Counted from the stretch's first letter, positions 39,311-50,949 are shown. The stretch: DNA of 64,000 nt from an uncultured Methanomicrobiales archaeon (GCA_963758915.1 CAVWXH010000010.1:129208-193207); one strand, 5' to 3'. The notes: generated from the sequence alone by a model not told the origin. Numbers and translations are program-made.

Positions 39311-39405
39311 ATCTGACCTTTATTTTCTTTTTCCTGCCCCTTTTGGGACGTAAAGAGGGTAGGCAGGGGAATAAAAAAAGAAGCTATGGAAATGTAGCCC
39401 CGGAA
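39311..39405 (-). repeat. Leader repeat copy 2 with decayed MSDFVQ gene start
   Basis: Matches 33230-33322; continues as AGG TCA GAT TAC GTC. Confidence 0.88.
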
Positions 39406-39713
39406 AAAAGGAATCACCAATTTAATTCCGCTAATATATACGTAAAATTCCGATGATAATTATGAAAGGGGATGTGTCAAAATAGAATATTTTATCCCGT
39501 AGAAGTGGAAATATGAGCTTCCAAAAAATGAACGTGTGCTATATGAAAAGAATAATTGAAATCCTGGATTGCCCCACACTTATCATCGGAATAGCCCTGT
39601 TGATTTTATTTATTTTTGCATTATTGTCATAAACCTGAACTACGGGAAAATTTCTTTTTATTCTGCATTCTTTTCACACAAATGGTATATCCTGTTTCAA
39701 CCGGGGAATACGT

Positions 39714-39917
39714 ATGAGAAATGGATCGTCAAATTCAATTTTCGGATTCATTTTACCAATAGGGTTCATCATTGTCGGAGTGATTGGATATACCATTTCA
39801 ATCCTTTTGACTACAGGTTTTACCCAGATGATTTTTCAATTGATTTGCATAATAGCTGTAATAGATGGGTTTATTTTTCTTATCCTGGATAAATGGGATG
39901 CATTGTGGGGATCTTAA
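39714..39917 (+). CDS. Small two-TM membrane protein
   Basis: 67-aa hydrophobic ORF in AT-rich DNA. Confidence 0.4.
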   Translation: MRNGSSNSIFGFILPIGFIIVGVIGYTISILLTTGFTQMIFQLICIIAVIDGFIFLILDKWDALWGS

Positions 39918-40203
39918 ATCAGTAGTTTGATCGTTAAAAAAGGATAATTAAAACGTTTTCATAATCCCTTCGAGATCACCAATTGTGGCGTACATGCCAT
40001 CTTCGGCAAAAACGATTTCAATTATAAATGGCGGAAATGTATAAAGGGGATTGAAAATGAACCATTTACACCTGTCCCGATCCCTGCCGTATGAGAAGAA
40101 TATCACGGGCTCGTGGCAGTACCGGAAATCATAAACCTTCAGGCAGTCACAATATCCTGATACATAACATCGGATAGGTACCTGTTTTACGGAGTAGTAA
40201 GCT

Positions 40204-40606
40204 GTGCAATCAATTGATCATGATGGGCATACATTCCAAGCCCGGATTATTCGAAAGATCTCCCCATACCTTTCGGGCCCATGGTTCAGGCTCGCCCTCG
40301 TGGCGATTATGCTGGTAACCTATGCGCTCGATCTCGAGTACTCCGCTTGGTGTGCCAGTCTGGCTGCTCTACTTTATCCCGTTGATTCTTGCTTTCTGGT
40401 CTAAAGCACCATACGCCGTTCCTGCGGTCTGTGCGGTAACAATACTCTTTCTCGCCTCAGGTTTCGTATTCTCTCCCCCGGGAATACAGACTTCAGCCGA
40501 CCTTTTTATCCGGATCGTGTTTTCCATTGTGTTTATTGGCACATCTGTTGTGCTCTGGATGATACTTCGACGGCAGGGACGGGTTGAAATTTTGAAACCG
40601 TATTAA
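40204..40606 (+). CDS. Membrane protein resembling a detached sensor TM domain (frameshift ~40340)
   Basis: YALD...TPLGVPVWLLYFIP; four TM segments. Confidence 0.55.
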
Positions 40607-40686
40607 AAAATATTTGATTGCGGAAAAATACATTAAATTCAAATGTTAGTATTAGAAATTACGTTTCACCTTAGGAGACCCACGTA

Positions 40687-42705
40687 ATGGTATTCAGCAT
40701 ACTTGCCGATGTCCTCATTATTTTCTTAATTGCTCTCGTAGTGGGAATGATTTTTAACCGGTTTAAAGTGCCCGCAATTGTTGCATTCATCCTTACCGGT
40801 GTCATTGTGGGCCCCTACGGGTTTGGAATAATCCAGGGGCAGGAGCAGGTCGAGATCCTGGCAGAAATTGGGATAATCCTGCTATTGTTCACAATCGGGC
40901 TTGAATTTTCCTTTAAAAACCTCTGGAAGATCAGGCTTATTGCCGTGCTCGGGGGAGCAATCCAGATTGGGTTATCGTTCATATTCTTCTGCAGTGTTTC
41001 GCTGGCCCTGGGCATTCCAACAGCTGAATCAATCGTACTCGGGTTCTTATTCGCACTTTCAAGTACAGCGATTGTGTTGAAACTCCTTCACCAGAGAGAT
41101 GAGATCGATTCACCCCATGGCAGTATTGTCCTTGGCATCCTGATCTTCCAGGACCTCATGGCAATTCCCATGATGATGGCAATTCCGTTTCTTGCCAGCC
41201 TTTCGATGTTCGACCCCACCCCGTTGTTATCGACAGATTCTCTCATCAACCTGGTCATCAAGGATATCGTCCTGATCCTGGTAATTATTGTCAGTGCGAA
41301 GTGGGTCATCCCAAGGCTCCTCAATGAAATTGCCAAGTCACGTAACCAGGAACTGTTCCTGATATTCGTGATCCTTGTCTGCTTTGGTGTTGCCTGGCTG
41401 GTCTCGATTATGGGAATATCCCTTGCAATTGGTGCGTTACTAGCCGGGTTACTCATTTCCGAATCAGAATACAGCCACCAGGCAGTGAGTATTATCCTCC
41501 CGTTCCGTGACATATTTACCAGCTTTTTCTTCATTTCGGTTGGCATGCTCGTTGACGTCCAGTTTTTAATCGCCAACATCTGGATCGTTGTTTTCCTTAT
41601 TATCGGCGTTATCGTGGTAAAAGCACTGTTTGCAACAGCCGCACCCCTTGCGATCGGTTATCCATTACGGACTTCAGTGATGGCCGGGTTGTCCCTCGCA
41701 CAGGTGGGAGAGTTCTCTTTTATCATTGCGCAAAGTGCTGCAGTTGTGGGAATTCTTACAAAAGACATCTACCAGATGTTCCTTATTGTAGCCCTGATAA
41801 CGATGGCCGCTACCCCTCTTGTCATCAGTATTGGAAATCCCCTCACGGGAAGGCTTTGCAGGGTTCGTTCCTTATCCCGGTTTGTAGAAGGATCATGTGG
41901 GACGATTGAGGACGAAGATGTGTCCCGGAAACTGAAGGACCATATGGTAATTATCGGGTACGGGGTCAACGGGAAAAACCTGTCCAAAGCAGCGGTACAT
42001 GGTGGGATCCCGTTTAATATCATTGAATTAAACCCGGACCTGGTAAATGAAGCACGCAGGCAGGGTGCACCGGTAATTTTTGGAGATGCAATCTACGAGG
42101 CCGTCCTGGAACATGCCGCTATCCGTAACGCCCGGATTGCTGTTGTTGCGATTAATGATCCCATCGCCACGAGAAAAATTGTCAGCAATTGCCGCCACCT
42201 GAACCCTGGATTAACAATCGTTGTTCGTACCCGGTATGTAAGCGAGGTTGAGTCGCTCCATGCAGCCGGTGCAGACCAGGTTATCGCCCAGGAATTCGAG
42301 ACCTCGATTGAGATATTTACGGTGGTACTGAACAAATTTTTCATCCCGCAGGACAGGATTGGCACATTCATCGAGGAGGTACGGGCTGACGGGTACCGTA
42401 TGCTCCGGACCCCGGCCTCATCACCGGGGACATTACCGGACCTCGTCAATGGTATCCCGAATATGACTATCTCTGCACTCACCGTCGGTCCGCTTTCCCC
42501 GCTCGCCGGGGTAACTCTTGGGGAATTCAATTTACGAAAACAATACAACCTGCTGGTCCTGGCTGTCCGGAGAGGAGATACGGTCCTGACCAGTATTAGT
42601 GGTGAAACAAGACTTGAAGCGGGGGATATTGCAATTGTGTACACCACACCTGAGAATTTAGCGAAAAATGGCTGGGTATTTGTTAGGACGAATAAGATGA
42701 AGTGA
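40687..42705 (+). CDS. Kef-type CPA2 K+/H+ antiporter with TrkA-N and TrkA-C domains
   Basis: LSSTAIV, FQDL, AQVGEFSF, GYGVNG. Confidence 0.93.
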   Translation: MVFSILADVLIIFLIALVVGMIFNRFKVPAIVAFILTGVIVGPYGFGIIQGQEQVEILAEIGIILLLFTIGLEFSFKNLWKIRLIAVLGGAIQIGLSFIFFCSVSLALGIPTAESIVLGFLFALSSTAIVLKLLHQRDEIDSPHGSIVLGILIFQDLMAIPMMMAIPFLASLSMFDPTPLLSTDSLINLVIKDIVLILVIIVSAKWVIPRLLNEIAKSRNQELFLIFVILVCFGVAWLVSIMGISLAIGALLAGLLISESEYSHQAVSIILPFRDIFTSFFFISVGMLVDVQFLIANIWIVVFLIIGVIVVKALFATAAPLAIGYPLRTSVMAGLSLAQVGEFSFIIAQSAAVVGILTKDIYQMFLIVALITMAATPLVISIGNPLTGRLCRVRSLSRFVEGSCGTIEDEDVSRKLKDHMVIIGYGVNGKNLSKAAVHGGIPFNIIELNPDLVNEARRQGAPVIFGDAIYEAVLEHAAIRNARIAVVAINDPIATRKIVSNCRHLNPGLTIVVRTRYVSEVESLHAAGADQVIAQEFETSIEIFTVVLNKFFIPQDRIGTFIEEVRADGYRMLRTPASSPGTLPDLVNGIPNMTISALTVGPLSPLAGVTLGEFNLRKQYNLLVLAVRRGDTVLTSISGETRLEAGDIAIVYTTPENLAKNGWVFVRTNKMK

Positions 42706-42876
42706 GTTTCATACGGTTTTTTCTATAAAAGCGTAGTAAAGTTGATAAATATCTACTATTAGAGTATTAACTGTAATAATTTGCCCGGGAACGGTTCCCC
42801 GGTACCATGGTATTCTAAATTCCTTTGTAAAAATTTCAGCCTCTGAATTGTAGATCCGAATTAAAGGGAGACTGTA

Positions 42877-44871
42877 ATGATCGCCGGTTATTTGTATGAT
42901 TTCATCATTATTTTCACGTTTGCCATCATTATCATCGCAATCGGAAATAAAATTAAAATTCCAGGGATAATTGGGTTTATTATAACCGGTGTCCTGATTG
43001 GGCCTTACGGGCTTGGCCTCATAAAGGAACCCCATATTGTCGAAGTGCTGGCAGAAATAGGCATCATTTTCCTGCTTTTCACTATAGGAATGCAATTCTC
43101 CTTTAAAACTCTTTACGAGATGAGGAAAATCGTCCTGATCGGCGGCAGCCTCCAGGTCCTCCTGACGATTGCAGCAACAATGGCAATATCTTATTTCTTT
43201 GGCGTTACACTTGTCCAGGGGCTTTTCTTTGGTTTTCTAATCTGTCACAGCAGTACGGCGATTGCCCTTAAAATCTACCAGGACCGGGTAGAAATGGAGA
43301 GTCCCCAGGCAAGAGTTACCCTCGGGGTCGCCATTTTCCAGGATATTGTTACCATACCGATGCTCATCGCCCTGCCGATACTTGCAGGCGAGACAACGGA
43401 TATAACCGGGGCCCTTGTTAACCTCGGAGTAACTCTTGTCGTGCTATTCGGGGCGATACTTGTTATTTCAGCATATGTAATCCCGAAACTGATGAACCGG
43501 ATTACCGGTATGAGGAGTACTGAAATATTTTTATTATTCATTATCCTCATCTGTTTCGTCGTTACGTACATTACTGCCAGTCTTGGGTTGTCCCTGGCTC
43601 TCGGTGCATTCCTTGCCGGCCTGGTCCTTTCAGAATCGGATTATTTTAACCAGGCGTTTGCAAGCATCATACCCTTCCGGGATATTTCCACCAGTTTCTT
43701 TTTTATTTCAATCGGGATGCTCCTCAACCTCGCGTTCCTCGCGGGTAACCTTTTCATTATTATTGGCCTTGTCATCGGTGTCCTTGCTGTCAAAACAGTT
43801 ATTGCAGCGGGTTCGACACTCGCTATCGGGCAGTCCCTGCGGACGTCAGTGCTTGCCGGCCTCGCACTGGCAAACGTTGGTGAATTTGCCTTTATCCTGT
43901 CAATTCCCGGGAAAGAGTATGGATTTTTTTCTGATTCAGGCGAGCAGATATTTCTTGCGATTGCCGTCCTGACAATGGCATTAACGCCGCTTTTTATCAC
44001 ATCAGGGCCACGGGTTGCCGATTTCTGTTCCCGTATGCCGCTTGGACCGCGTATCAGATCAGGGTGTGAACCGGAAGCCGGCCATACCGTACCAACACTC
44101 GAAGACCATCTTGTTATTGTGGGATATGGCCTGAACGGGAGACATCTTGCACAGGCGGCTGAAATTGGAGGAATCCCTCACATCATTATTGATTTAAATC
44201 CTGATACGGTTGCAAGAGAGAGAAAATCAGGAAAGAATATATTTTTTGGCGACGCTGCAAATGCTGAAATTCTATCCCACGCAACGATTGAAAAAGCAAG
44301 AATTCTCGTGGTTGTGATCAATGACCCGGCCTCAATACGGACGATTACATCTCTTGCCCGGCAGATGAACCCCGGGATCTTTATTATTGTCAGGACGAGG
44401 TTCCTCACAGAAGTGAAACGGCTCAGGGATCTCGGGGCTGACGAAGTAATTCCCGAGGAGTTTGAGACCTCTGTAGAGATTTTTACACGGGTAATGAAAA
44501 AATACCTGATACCGGACTCAAAAATAGACCGCTTCGTCAATGAGGTACGTTCAGACACGTACCAGATGCTCCGGAACCCCCCTGATAATACCGCGACCCT
44601 TTCCGATTTACGGATGAATATTCCGAATGTGGAGATTAATTCAATTGTCCTTGATGCATGGTCCCCACTGGAAAACAAGACACTCGGGGACCTCAATGTC
44701 AGGAAAGAATATTCCGTTTCGATCCTTGCGATTAAACGTAATGGGGAAGTACTATCAAACCCCTCGGGTGACATGACGCTCATGCAGGGGGATGAATTAA
44801 TCGTCATTGGTTCATTGGATAATATTTCCCGGTTATCAAAACGGTTACAGGAACAGGAGGAACCCGGATAA
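42877..44871 (+). CDS. Kef-type CPA2 K+/H+ antiporter (tandem paralog)
   Basis: SSTAI, FQDI, ANVGEFAF, GYGLNG. Confidence 0.93.
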   Translation: MIAGYLYDFIIIFTFAIIIIAIGNKIKIPGIIGFIITGVLIGPYGLGLIKEPHIVEVLAEIGIIFLLFTIGMQFSFKTLYEMRKIVLIGGSLQVLLTIAATMAISYFFGVTLVQGLFFGFLICHSSTAIALKIYQDRVEMESPQARVTLGVAIFQDIVTIPMLIALPILAGETTDITGALVNLGVTLVVLFGAILVISAYVIPKLMNRITGMRSTEIFLLFIILICFVVTYITASLGLSLALGAFLAGLVLSESDYFNQAFASIIPFRDISTSFFFISIGMLLNLAFLAGNLFIIIGLVIGVLAVKTVIAAGSTLAIGQSLRTSVLAGLALANVGEFAFILSIPGKEYGFFSDSGEQIFLAIAVLTMALTPLFITSGPRVADFCSRMPLGPRIRSGCEPEAGHTVPTLEDHLVIVGYGLNGRHLAQAAEIGGIPHIIIDLNPDTVARERKSGKNIFFGDAANAEILSHATIEKARILVVVINDPASIRTITSLARQMNPGIFIIVRTRFLTEVKRLRDLGADEVIPEEFETSVEIFTRVMKKYLIPDSKIDRFVNEVRSDTYQMLRNPPDNTATLSDLRMNIPNVEINSIVLDAWSPLENKTLGDLNVRKEYSVSILAIKRNGEVLSNPSGDMTLMQGDELIVIGSLDNISRLSKRLQEQEEPG

Positions 44872-45858
44872 ATTTTCTACCTTTTTTTCCATATTACGTG
44901 CAATTCATTACTCCTGTATCCCGGAAGCACCCGCGTGTCTGACAAAGAAAAAGTCTAAATAATCCAGTCCCCATTTTATGTTCGGTGCTTCCGGGTATGT
45001 CCACGATGATTTGGTATATCTATAATGAATATCTAAAAAAATTGCGGGATATACGAAAAAAGCCGGGGCAGGACACAAATAAGCGCCCGGAATACAACCG
45101 TAAAAAGAGTGATGACAGGGCTGATGAGACCGATGAATAACCAGTAAAGCAGGGGCCGGGGTGAGAGATTATTTTCGGAGGGAAATTTAAAATTTCTCTT
45201 TTTCCCCAATTCCGGCTTTTTATATTTTGAAATCCGTCACAACTTGACAGATCTTAGACGGGGTCAGTTCAAATTGTCCGATCCATTGTTTCGGACAATG
45301 ACTTCATAAAAACCGAGTTTCATTTGGTCAAAAGTGTGAGGTGTGTTGAGGGGATTCCGGTTTTTATCATCATCGCAGGGAATTATTCAATATTGTGATA
45401 TCCTTTAGCCGGACTCTCCAGTCTGTTATCTCATTCACTGGATCCGTGCAGATCTGTAAGCACTCCACATGACAGAGATTGGGTGTACTACCTTGAAAAG
45501 AACTCTTTGGTCCTGTTCTTTCATTGGCCGCTCATGAGGAGGAGCGATAGTTATTCCTCTTCGGCAAGTGACACAAAATGATGGCTGCCCATAACTACCC
45601 GGATAGTAATCTGCATCTTCAGCTTCGAAGTAAATAGCTCCCGGGTCTCATAGAGAGCGAAAAACTGAATGTGAAATGGGAGCACCGCCCGAAAAGCCCA
45701 GAAACGAAAGGATAGTCTCCTGATAGGGAGAGAATATGAGCCCCAGGGAAGGGCTCCTTATATTTTTTTGTGGTTTGGTTTTTCCGGGATCACAATAGGA
45801 CTGACTGTTGAGGATCTTTTTTATATTCATTCGCGACATTTTTTTCCAGGGAGATGTA

Positions 45859-46743
45859 ATGTTTGAAAAAGTTTTGGTAGCTTTGGATTTTTCATCGTCT
45901 TCACAAAAAATCCTCGATCACATAGGCGAGATCCCCGGAGTCAAGGAAGTGGTTCTCCTGCATGTGGTGGATGCAACCAATCCATCACGGCACGGGTGGA
46001 CACATGACGCCCATATCGAAGATGCAAAGATGCTCATGGCAGAGAAAAAAGAGTATCTTGAAAATCTCGGATTTTCGGTTATTACCAGCATTGATGTTAT
46101 CGTAAATGTAATAACGCAGGGCTCGGTACATCAGGCGATCATAGAGGCCGCCAAAACCCATAATGTGTCCCTGATCATTACCGGTGCCCGGGGACTGAAT
46201 CCGATAACAGAGTTACTGCTGGGCAGTGTATCCTCAACCGTTCTCCGCAATGCAAAGATGAATGTTCTCATCATGCGCCCCGATCAGGTTTCACGTGCCG
46301 GGCCGACAGTTCATCACCCGTTGTTTTCAAACGTACTTGTACCGACGGATTTTTCCCGGCCTGCTGATGATGTTGTCGCAATTCTAAAAACACTGGACGG
46401 ATTAAAAAAGATAACACTTCTGCATGTTGTCAGCCATGCAAAATCCAAAGCAGAGATTGAAGAATTGGTTACAAAAGCCCAGGCCCGGCTTGCAGCACTG
46501 CAACAGGATCTTGCCGCCGCAGGTATTGCAGCAACTCCTTGTGTTCGTGTCGGTGATCCGACGGAAATAATCCTGTCCATGACAGAAGACGACGATGTGT
46601 CCCTGATAACGATGAATGCTCATGGCACGGACTGGCTACGCAATTTCGTCCTTGGGAGCACTACGTTTACGGTTGTGAGAAGGACAAAAAAACCGGCCCT
46701 TATCCTGCGTACCGCGAGTAAATCAGAAATGGACCAGGGGTAA
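45859..46743 (+). CDS. Universal stress protein, two USP domains
   Basis: KVLVALDFS, GARG...LLGSVS, VPTDFS, VLGSTT. Confidence 0.92.
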   Translation: MFEKVLVALDFSSSSQKILDHIGEIPGVKEVVLLHVVDATNPSRHGWTHDAHIEDAKMLMAEKKEYLENLGFSVITSIDVIVNVITQGSVHQAIIEAAKTHNVSLIITGARGLNPITELLLGSVSSTVLRNAKMNVLIMRPDQVSRAGPTVHHPLFSNVLVPTDFSRPADDVVAILKTLDGLKKITLLHVVSHAKSKAEIEELVTKAQARLAALQQDLAAAGIAATPCVRVGDPTEIILSMTEDDDVSLITMNAHGTDWLRNFVLGSTTFTVVRRTKKPALILRTASKSEMDQG

Positions 46744-46749
46744 CCCTCG

Positions 46750-47360
46750 CGAAGGTAATCATTTCCGGGACTTTCCTGTGATAAAGCACACAATCAGATA
46801 CCATATTGGGACCGTTCGTGAGAAGGATTCCTTCCCCGACCGGGAGGGAGAAGAATGCCTGCCCGAATGCAGCAACCCACTGGTCGGTATGCAAGAGAAC
46901 GGAGAAATCCGGTGTGAACATGAACCGGATCCCCTCTTCAAATCCCGGCAGTGTCATGCAGAACAGCACCATAATCACAAGGGCGATAAGGATGACCGGG
47001 ACCATCATGATCGGGACTTGTTCGATCCCGCTCCTGATCCCGCGGCAATGACAAGACCGGTCAGCATCACAGCATTAACCGAATAAACCACGGGAATGCA
47101 CGAGCCGGTAAAATCAGCAAAATTAGTGGTATTCCCTGGAGCGGCAAAAACCGTGAACGCAAGGGTCCACCGGTGATCACGAGATAGCAGTTGAGGATTA
47201 AAAAAATTCTTGCACAGAGCAGCCACCCGGGGATGCGAAACTACGGCCGGATTGCTGCAAACAAACTGACCACCGTACCCCGGAAATGACGCCCCCTCAT
47301 GATCTCGAGGATTATCAGGGGCAGGGCAAAGACGAAGGCCAGCGTTCTCCCATTTCTCTC
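46750..47360 (-). pseudogene. Decayed SNF/NSS sodium-dependent transporter relic
   Basis: FTPDFSVL...WVAAFGQAFFSLPVGEGILLT matches the gene at 50950-52382; deletions and stops. Confidence 0.8.
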
Positions 47361-47370
47361 CTTACCGGTA

Positions 47371-48918
47371 CTACCTAAATCTCCTTAAAAAATCTATAGG
47401 AAAACCAGTTTCATGAAGGTCCGAATTACCCTGCTCTGAACTCGTTTCATTGAGAATTATCCTGCGTACGGCGCTTACATTGTCCGATGTGGTGAGGGTG
47501 AGCAGGGTATCACCTTCTTCAAGGACGGTGTCCCCGCGGGGGGAGAACTGCTCTTTACCCTTGGCAATAAGGATGATGAGAGTGCCGAAAGGCAGGCCAA
47601 GATTGACAATCTGCTTGCCGGACGCCGGTGAACCGGGAGGGATGACCAGTTCGACCAGTTCGCTCTCCGACTCTTCCCGATGTTCCAGTTCCATGCCGAA
47701 CCGGGACCGGCCGGGAAGGGGAGTCGAGAGGTCGAGGAGCCGGGCCACAAATGGGATCGAAGTCCCCTGCAGGAGGGCAGATGCAATTACCATGAAGAAG
47801 ACGATGTTGAAGAACACATGAGCCTGCGGTACTCCGGCAAGAAATGGGAACGTGGCAAGCACGATGGGTGCTGCGCCCCGGAGACCCACCCAGGAGATCA
47901 TGAGCTTTTCGTTCTTCTTCATCTTCCACGGGAGGAGCGAGAGGTGCACAGCAACTGGGCGGGCAATAAAGATCAGGGCCAATGATATGATGATGCCCGG
48001 GACGAGTACCGGCAGGATCTCGGACGGGAAAACAAATATGCCGAGTGCGAGGAAAAGGGTGATCTGCATCAGCCAGGCAAAGCCCTCGTGAAACCGTATG
48101 ATGCTCTTCTTGTGGACGATTGCGCTGTTTCCGATTACCATGCCGGCGATATATGCCGCAAGGAACCCGTTCCCTCCTACCATGACGGTGAGACCATAGA
48201 TGAGTAGTGCTGATGAGAGGGTGAGTACCGCGTAGAGGCCTTCGTACTCCAGTTTCACGATATTGATCAACCATGCGGCCCCTTTCCCCATGCCATAGCC
48301 GAGGAGACCCCCTATTGCCATCTGCTGTACGAAGAGCGGTATAAGCGAGAAGAACGATGTCCCGGGCTGCATCAGGAGCGCAATCGCCCCGATTGTCAGG
48401 AAGATCGCCATCGGATCGTTGCTCCCCGACTCAAACTCCAGGAGCGGCCGCAGCTCTCCCTTGAGACTTGCCCGGCGCGACCGGAGGATGGAGAAGACCG
48501 CGGCTGCATCGGTTGACGAGACAATAGCGCCTAAGAGGAAACCTTCGAGCAGGGAAAAGCCAAGAAGGAAGATTGCGGCCAAACTTACGATCAGTGCCGT
48601 GAATGCAACCCCCGCGGTGGAGAGCGCGATACCTTTGGTAAAGACCGGCCGGACTTCCGACCACCTGGTTTCAAGCCCGCCTGAGAAGAGGATAAGAGCA
48701 AGGGCGACAACGCCGATAGACTGTGCTATCGCGGGGTCACTGAATTCTATCCCGCCCGGGCCTTCGGAACCGGCAAGCATGCCCACAAAAATGAATATCA
48801 GGAGAGCGGGTAGTCCGAGCCTTCCCGATACCTTGTTGGCAATAATACTGACCAGGATAAGGACTGCAACGCCAGCAAGGATGTATTCAATGGCGATCAT
48901 GGTTGTTTTCTCCTCCAT
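47371..48918 (-). CDS. cvrA: K+/H+ antiporter NhaP2/CvrA
   Basis: STDAAAVF, ESGSNDP, GLRGA, C-terminal TrkA-C. Confidence 0.9.
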   Translation of the reverse strand: MEEKTTMIAIEYILAGVAVLILVSIIANKVSGRLGLPALLIFIFVGMLAGSEGPGGIEFSDPAIAQSIGVVALALILFSGGLETRWSEVRPVFTKGIALSTAGVAFTALIVSLAAIFLLGFSLLEGFLLGAIVSSTDAAAVFSILRSRRASLKGELRPLLEFESGSNDPMAIFLTIGAIALLMQPGTSFFSLIPLFVQQMAIGGLLGYGMGKGAAWLINIVKLEYEGLYAVLTLSSALLIYGLTVMVGGNGFLAAYIAGMVIGNSAIVHKKSIIRFHEGFAWLMQITLFLALGIFVFPSEILPVLVPGIIISLALIFIARPVAVHLSLLPWKMKKNEKLMISWVGLRGAAPIVLATFPFLAGVPQAHVFFNIVFFMVIASALLQGTSIPFVARLLDLSTPLPGRSRFGMELEHREESESELVELVIPPGSPASGKQIVNLGLPFGTLIILIAKGKEQFSPRGDTVLEEGDTLLTLTTSDNVSAVRRIILNETSSEQGNSDLHETGFPIDFLRRFR

Positions 48919-49127
48919 GGAGAGTCAGGGGCAGGTATTATTACGGCCTCTTTTCAGGAATAGCTCCCGGGTTGCAATTGATAGGGAAAGGTACCTTTAC
49001 CTGCGCAATGAATTTATATAAAAGGTTGGATAATGAGTATTCCGGGTTTTTAACGTTAAAATCGGCGATGAAAGGTAAAAAACGGGGAGATGGGACTTCC
49101 GGCTGCGATTTGTTGGATCGGCAGACA

Positions 49128-49225
49128 TTTACTCTGTGACCGGCACCAGCTTCCCTTTCAGTCTTTTCTCAATATCGAGTTGCATAATCCCGATGACATT
49201 GTTGACGACGCCCGGGGTATGGCAG
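49128..49225 (-). pseudogene. Relic of the flavoprotein C-terminus
   Basis: Encodes ...[16 protein letters not shown], near-duplicate of ~49946-50035. Confidence 0.8.
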
Positions 49226-49303
49226 AACTTCGCGACCAGTAGGACACAAACGTATGAGAATGCTGATGATCACGCCAATTGAAAAAGGGAAAATAGGATG
49301 GGT

Positions 49304-49651
49304 TTATTCGGTCGGAACGAAAGCACTCTTGCCGATCTTTGCATAGACCCCGCAGACCGGGCAGACATAACTGTCAGGCAAATCTTCAAAGGTGGTGTCC
49401 GGATTTATCCCGTTTTTAGGCTCCCCTCTCTCGGGATCGTACACATATCCGCAGGCAATGCAACGGTACCTGCCGGAGGGTGCGTCCATGGGATTGAACG
49501 CGGTCTTTCCGATTTTGGCTTTTCCACAGACCGGACAGGTGTAGGTCTTTGGAAGATCTTCAAAGGCGGTATCGGGAGGGATCCCGTTCTTTGGTTCTCC
49601 TCTGGCCGGGTCATAGATATAACCACAGGCCTCACATCTGTATGGCTTCAT
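49304..49651 (-). CDS. Two-domain rubredoxin
   Basis: Two CxxCGYxYDP...FEDLP..Y.CPVCG units. Confidence 0.92.
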   Translation of the reverse strand: MKPYRCEACGYIYDPARGEPKNGIPPDTAFEDLPKTYTCPVCGKAKIGKTAFNPMDAPSGRYRCIACGYVYDPERGEPKNGINPDTTFEDLPDSYVCPVCGVYAKIGKSAFVPTE

Positions 49652-49945
49652 TTTTTTCATTATAATTCCTCATGATTCTTGTTGCATTCAGGCAACAGGT
49701 GGATTATTGACGGTACCAATAATAAAGATACCTGAGGATGAACACTTCCAGCCAGAACGGCCCTCAGCCGGAGATCGTTACCGGAACCAGCGAAATACCC
49801 TGCCGGTATACGTGCTGACGGTAATCCTCTCTGGCCACAATAATGACCCGACCAAAGATGCTATTCAGGAAACCCACATAGCCCCAAAAAAAGTATGGTA
49901 TCACTCTACTCGCTTTGTATCGGGATAAATTCTTAACAAGACAGT

Positions 49946-50772
49946 TCATTCCGTGACCGGCACCAGCTTCCCTTTCAGTCTTTGCCTCGATATCGAGCTG
50001 CATAATTTCGATAACGTTGTTAACAATACCCTTGGTCTGACGGACAATCAGCTCATCGTTCCGGAAGAACTCCCGGTCCGTGCTGCTGTTGAACTGCGAA
50101 CCGTGCGTCCGGAACGCAATGCCGAACGGCGCGAGGATAAATCCCAGCTGCTGGAGGTTCAGCCAGATATCCATCGCGGTCTTGATGGCGCCGTCCTCAT
50201 GGCCGCAGACAAGGATACCCGCCACCTTCCCCTCGGTTAGCCCGGGTTTTCCCAGGTGGTAGAGGTTCTCCATGCAGGTTGTCCGGTCAAGAAAAACCTT
50301 CAGTCTTCCTGACATCCCGTTCCAGTTGATCGGGGAGGCGATGATCACTGCTTTTGCCTGTGCGAGCATCTGGTGGAATGCCGGCATATCGTCGTTTTTA
50401 TTCCGGCACGGGAAGGCACAGGACTCTGCCCTGACCGCGTAGCAGCACCAGCAATAATCAATGGCATGCTCGCTCAGGTTGAACCTGCGGCAGCTCACGC
50501 CCCGTTCACGGAGATATGCTTCGGCAATATCGGCCATGTAACTGGTATTGCCGGCCCGGTGGGTACTGCCGTTGATCAGCAGCACATCGAACGGTTCACC
50601 ATCATACGTGAGTTGGCGCTGCTCGTTCCTGCGGTATGAATTCATGGGACGGGCTGTGGCAGACCGGACAGCCTTTGGGCGGTTTTTCGCCCTCAAAGAC
50701 AAAACCACAGACGGCACATCGCCATGAGGTCTTCTGTTCCGGACGGGAAATGTCCTGTTGTGTGGTTTGCAT
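49946..50772 (-). CDS. Rubredoxin-fused iron-sulfur flavoprotein / flavodoxin family (frameshifts ~50630, ~49985)
   Basis: CAVCG...CPVC, INGS...GNT, CWCC...C..PC, ASPINW, LKVFLDR. Confidence 0.8.
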
Positions 50773-50949
50773 TGTTGTGATCTCCTCGGTACGAATCATG
50801 GTTTATACCGGTTTTGTCCGGAGATCGAAAAAGGTATGCAAAATACAAGTATCCTGGGGAATAATTTTTTCCAGAGGGAACGGGGAATTTTGTTGATGGT
50901 CTGGATTTCTCCTGCACAAGGACCATGTTTTTTGCGAAGAGTTATCAGG

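Noticed and set aside
49764-49945. Extended C-terminus of the 317-aa ORF
   Set aside because: Read-through from an extra A; the relic at 49128-49225 shows the true end [10 protein letters not shown]
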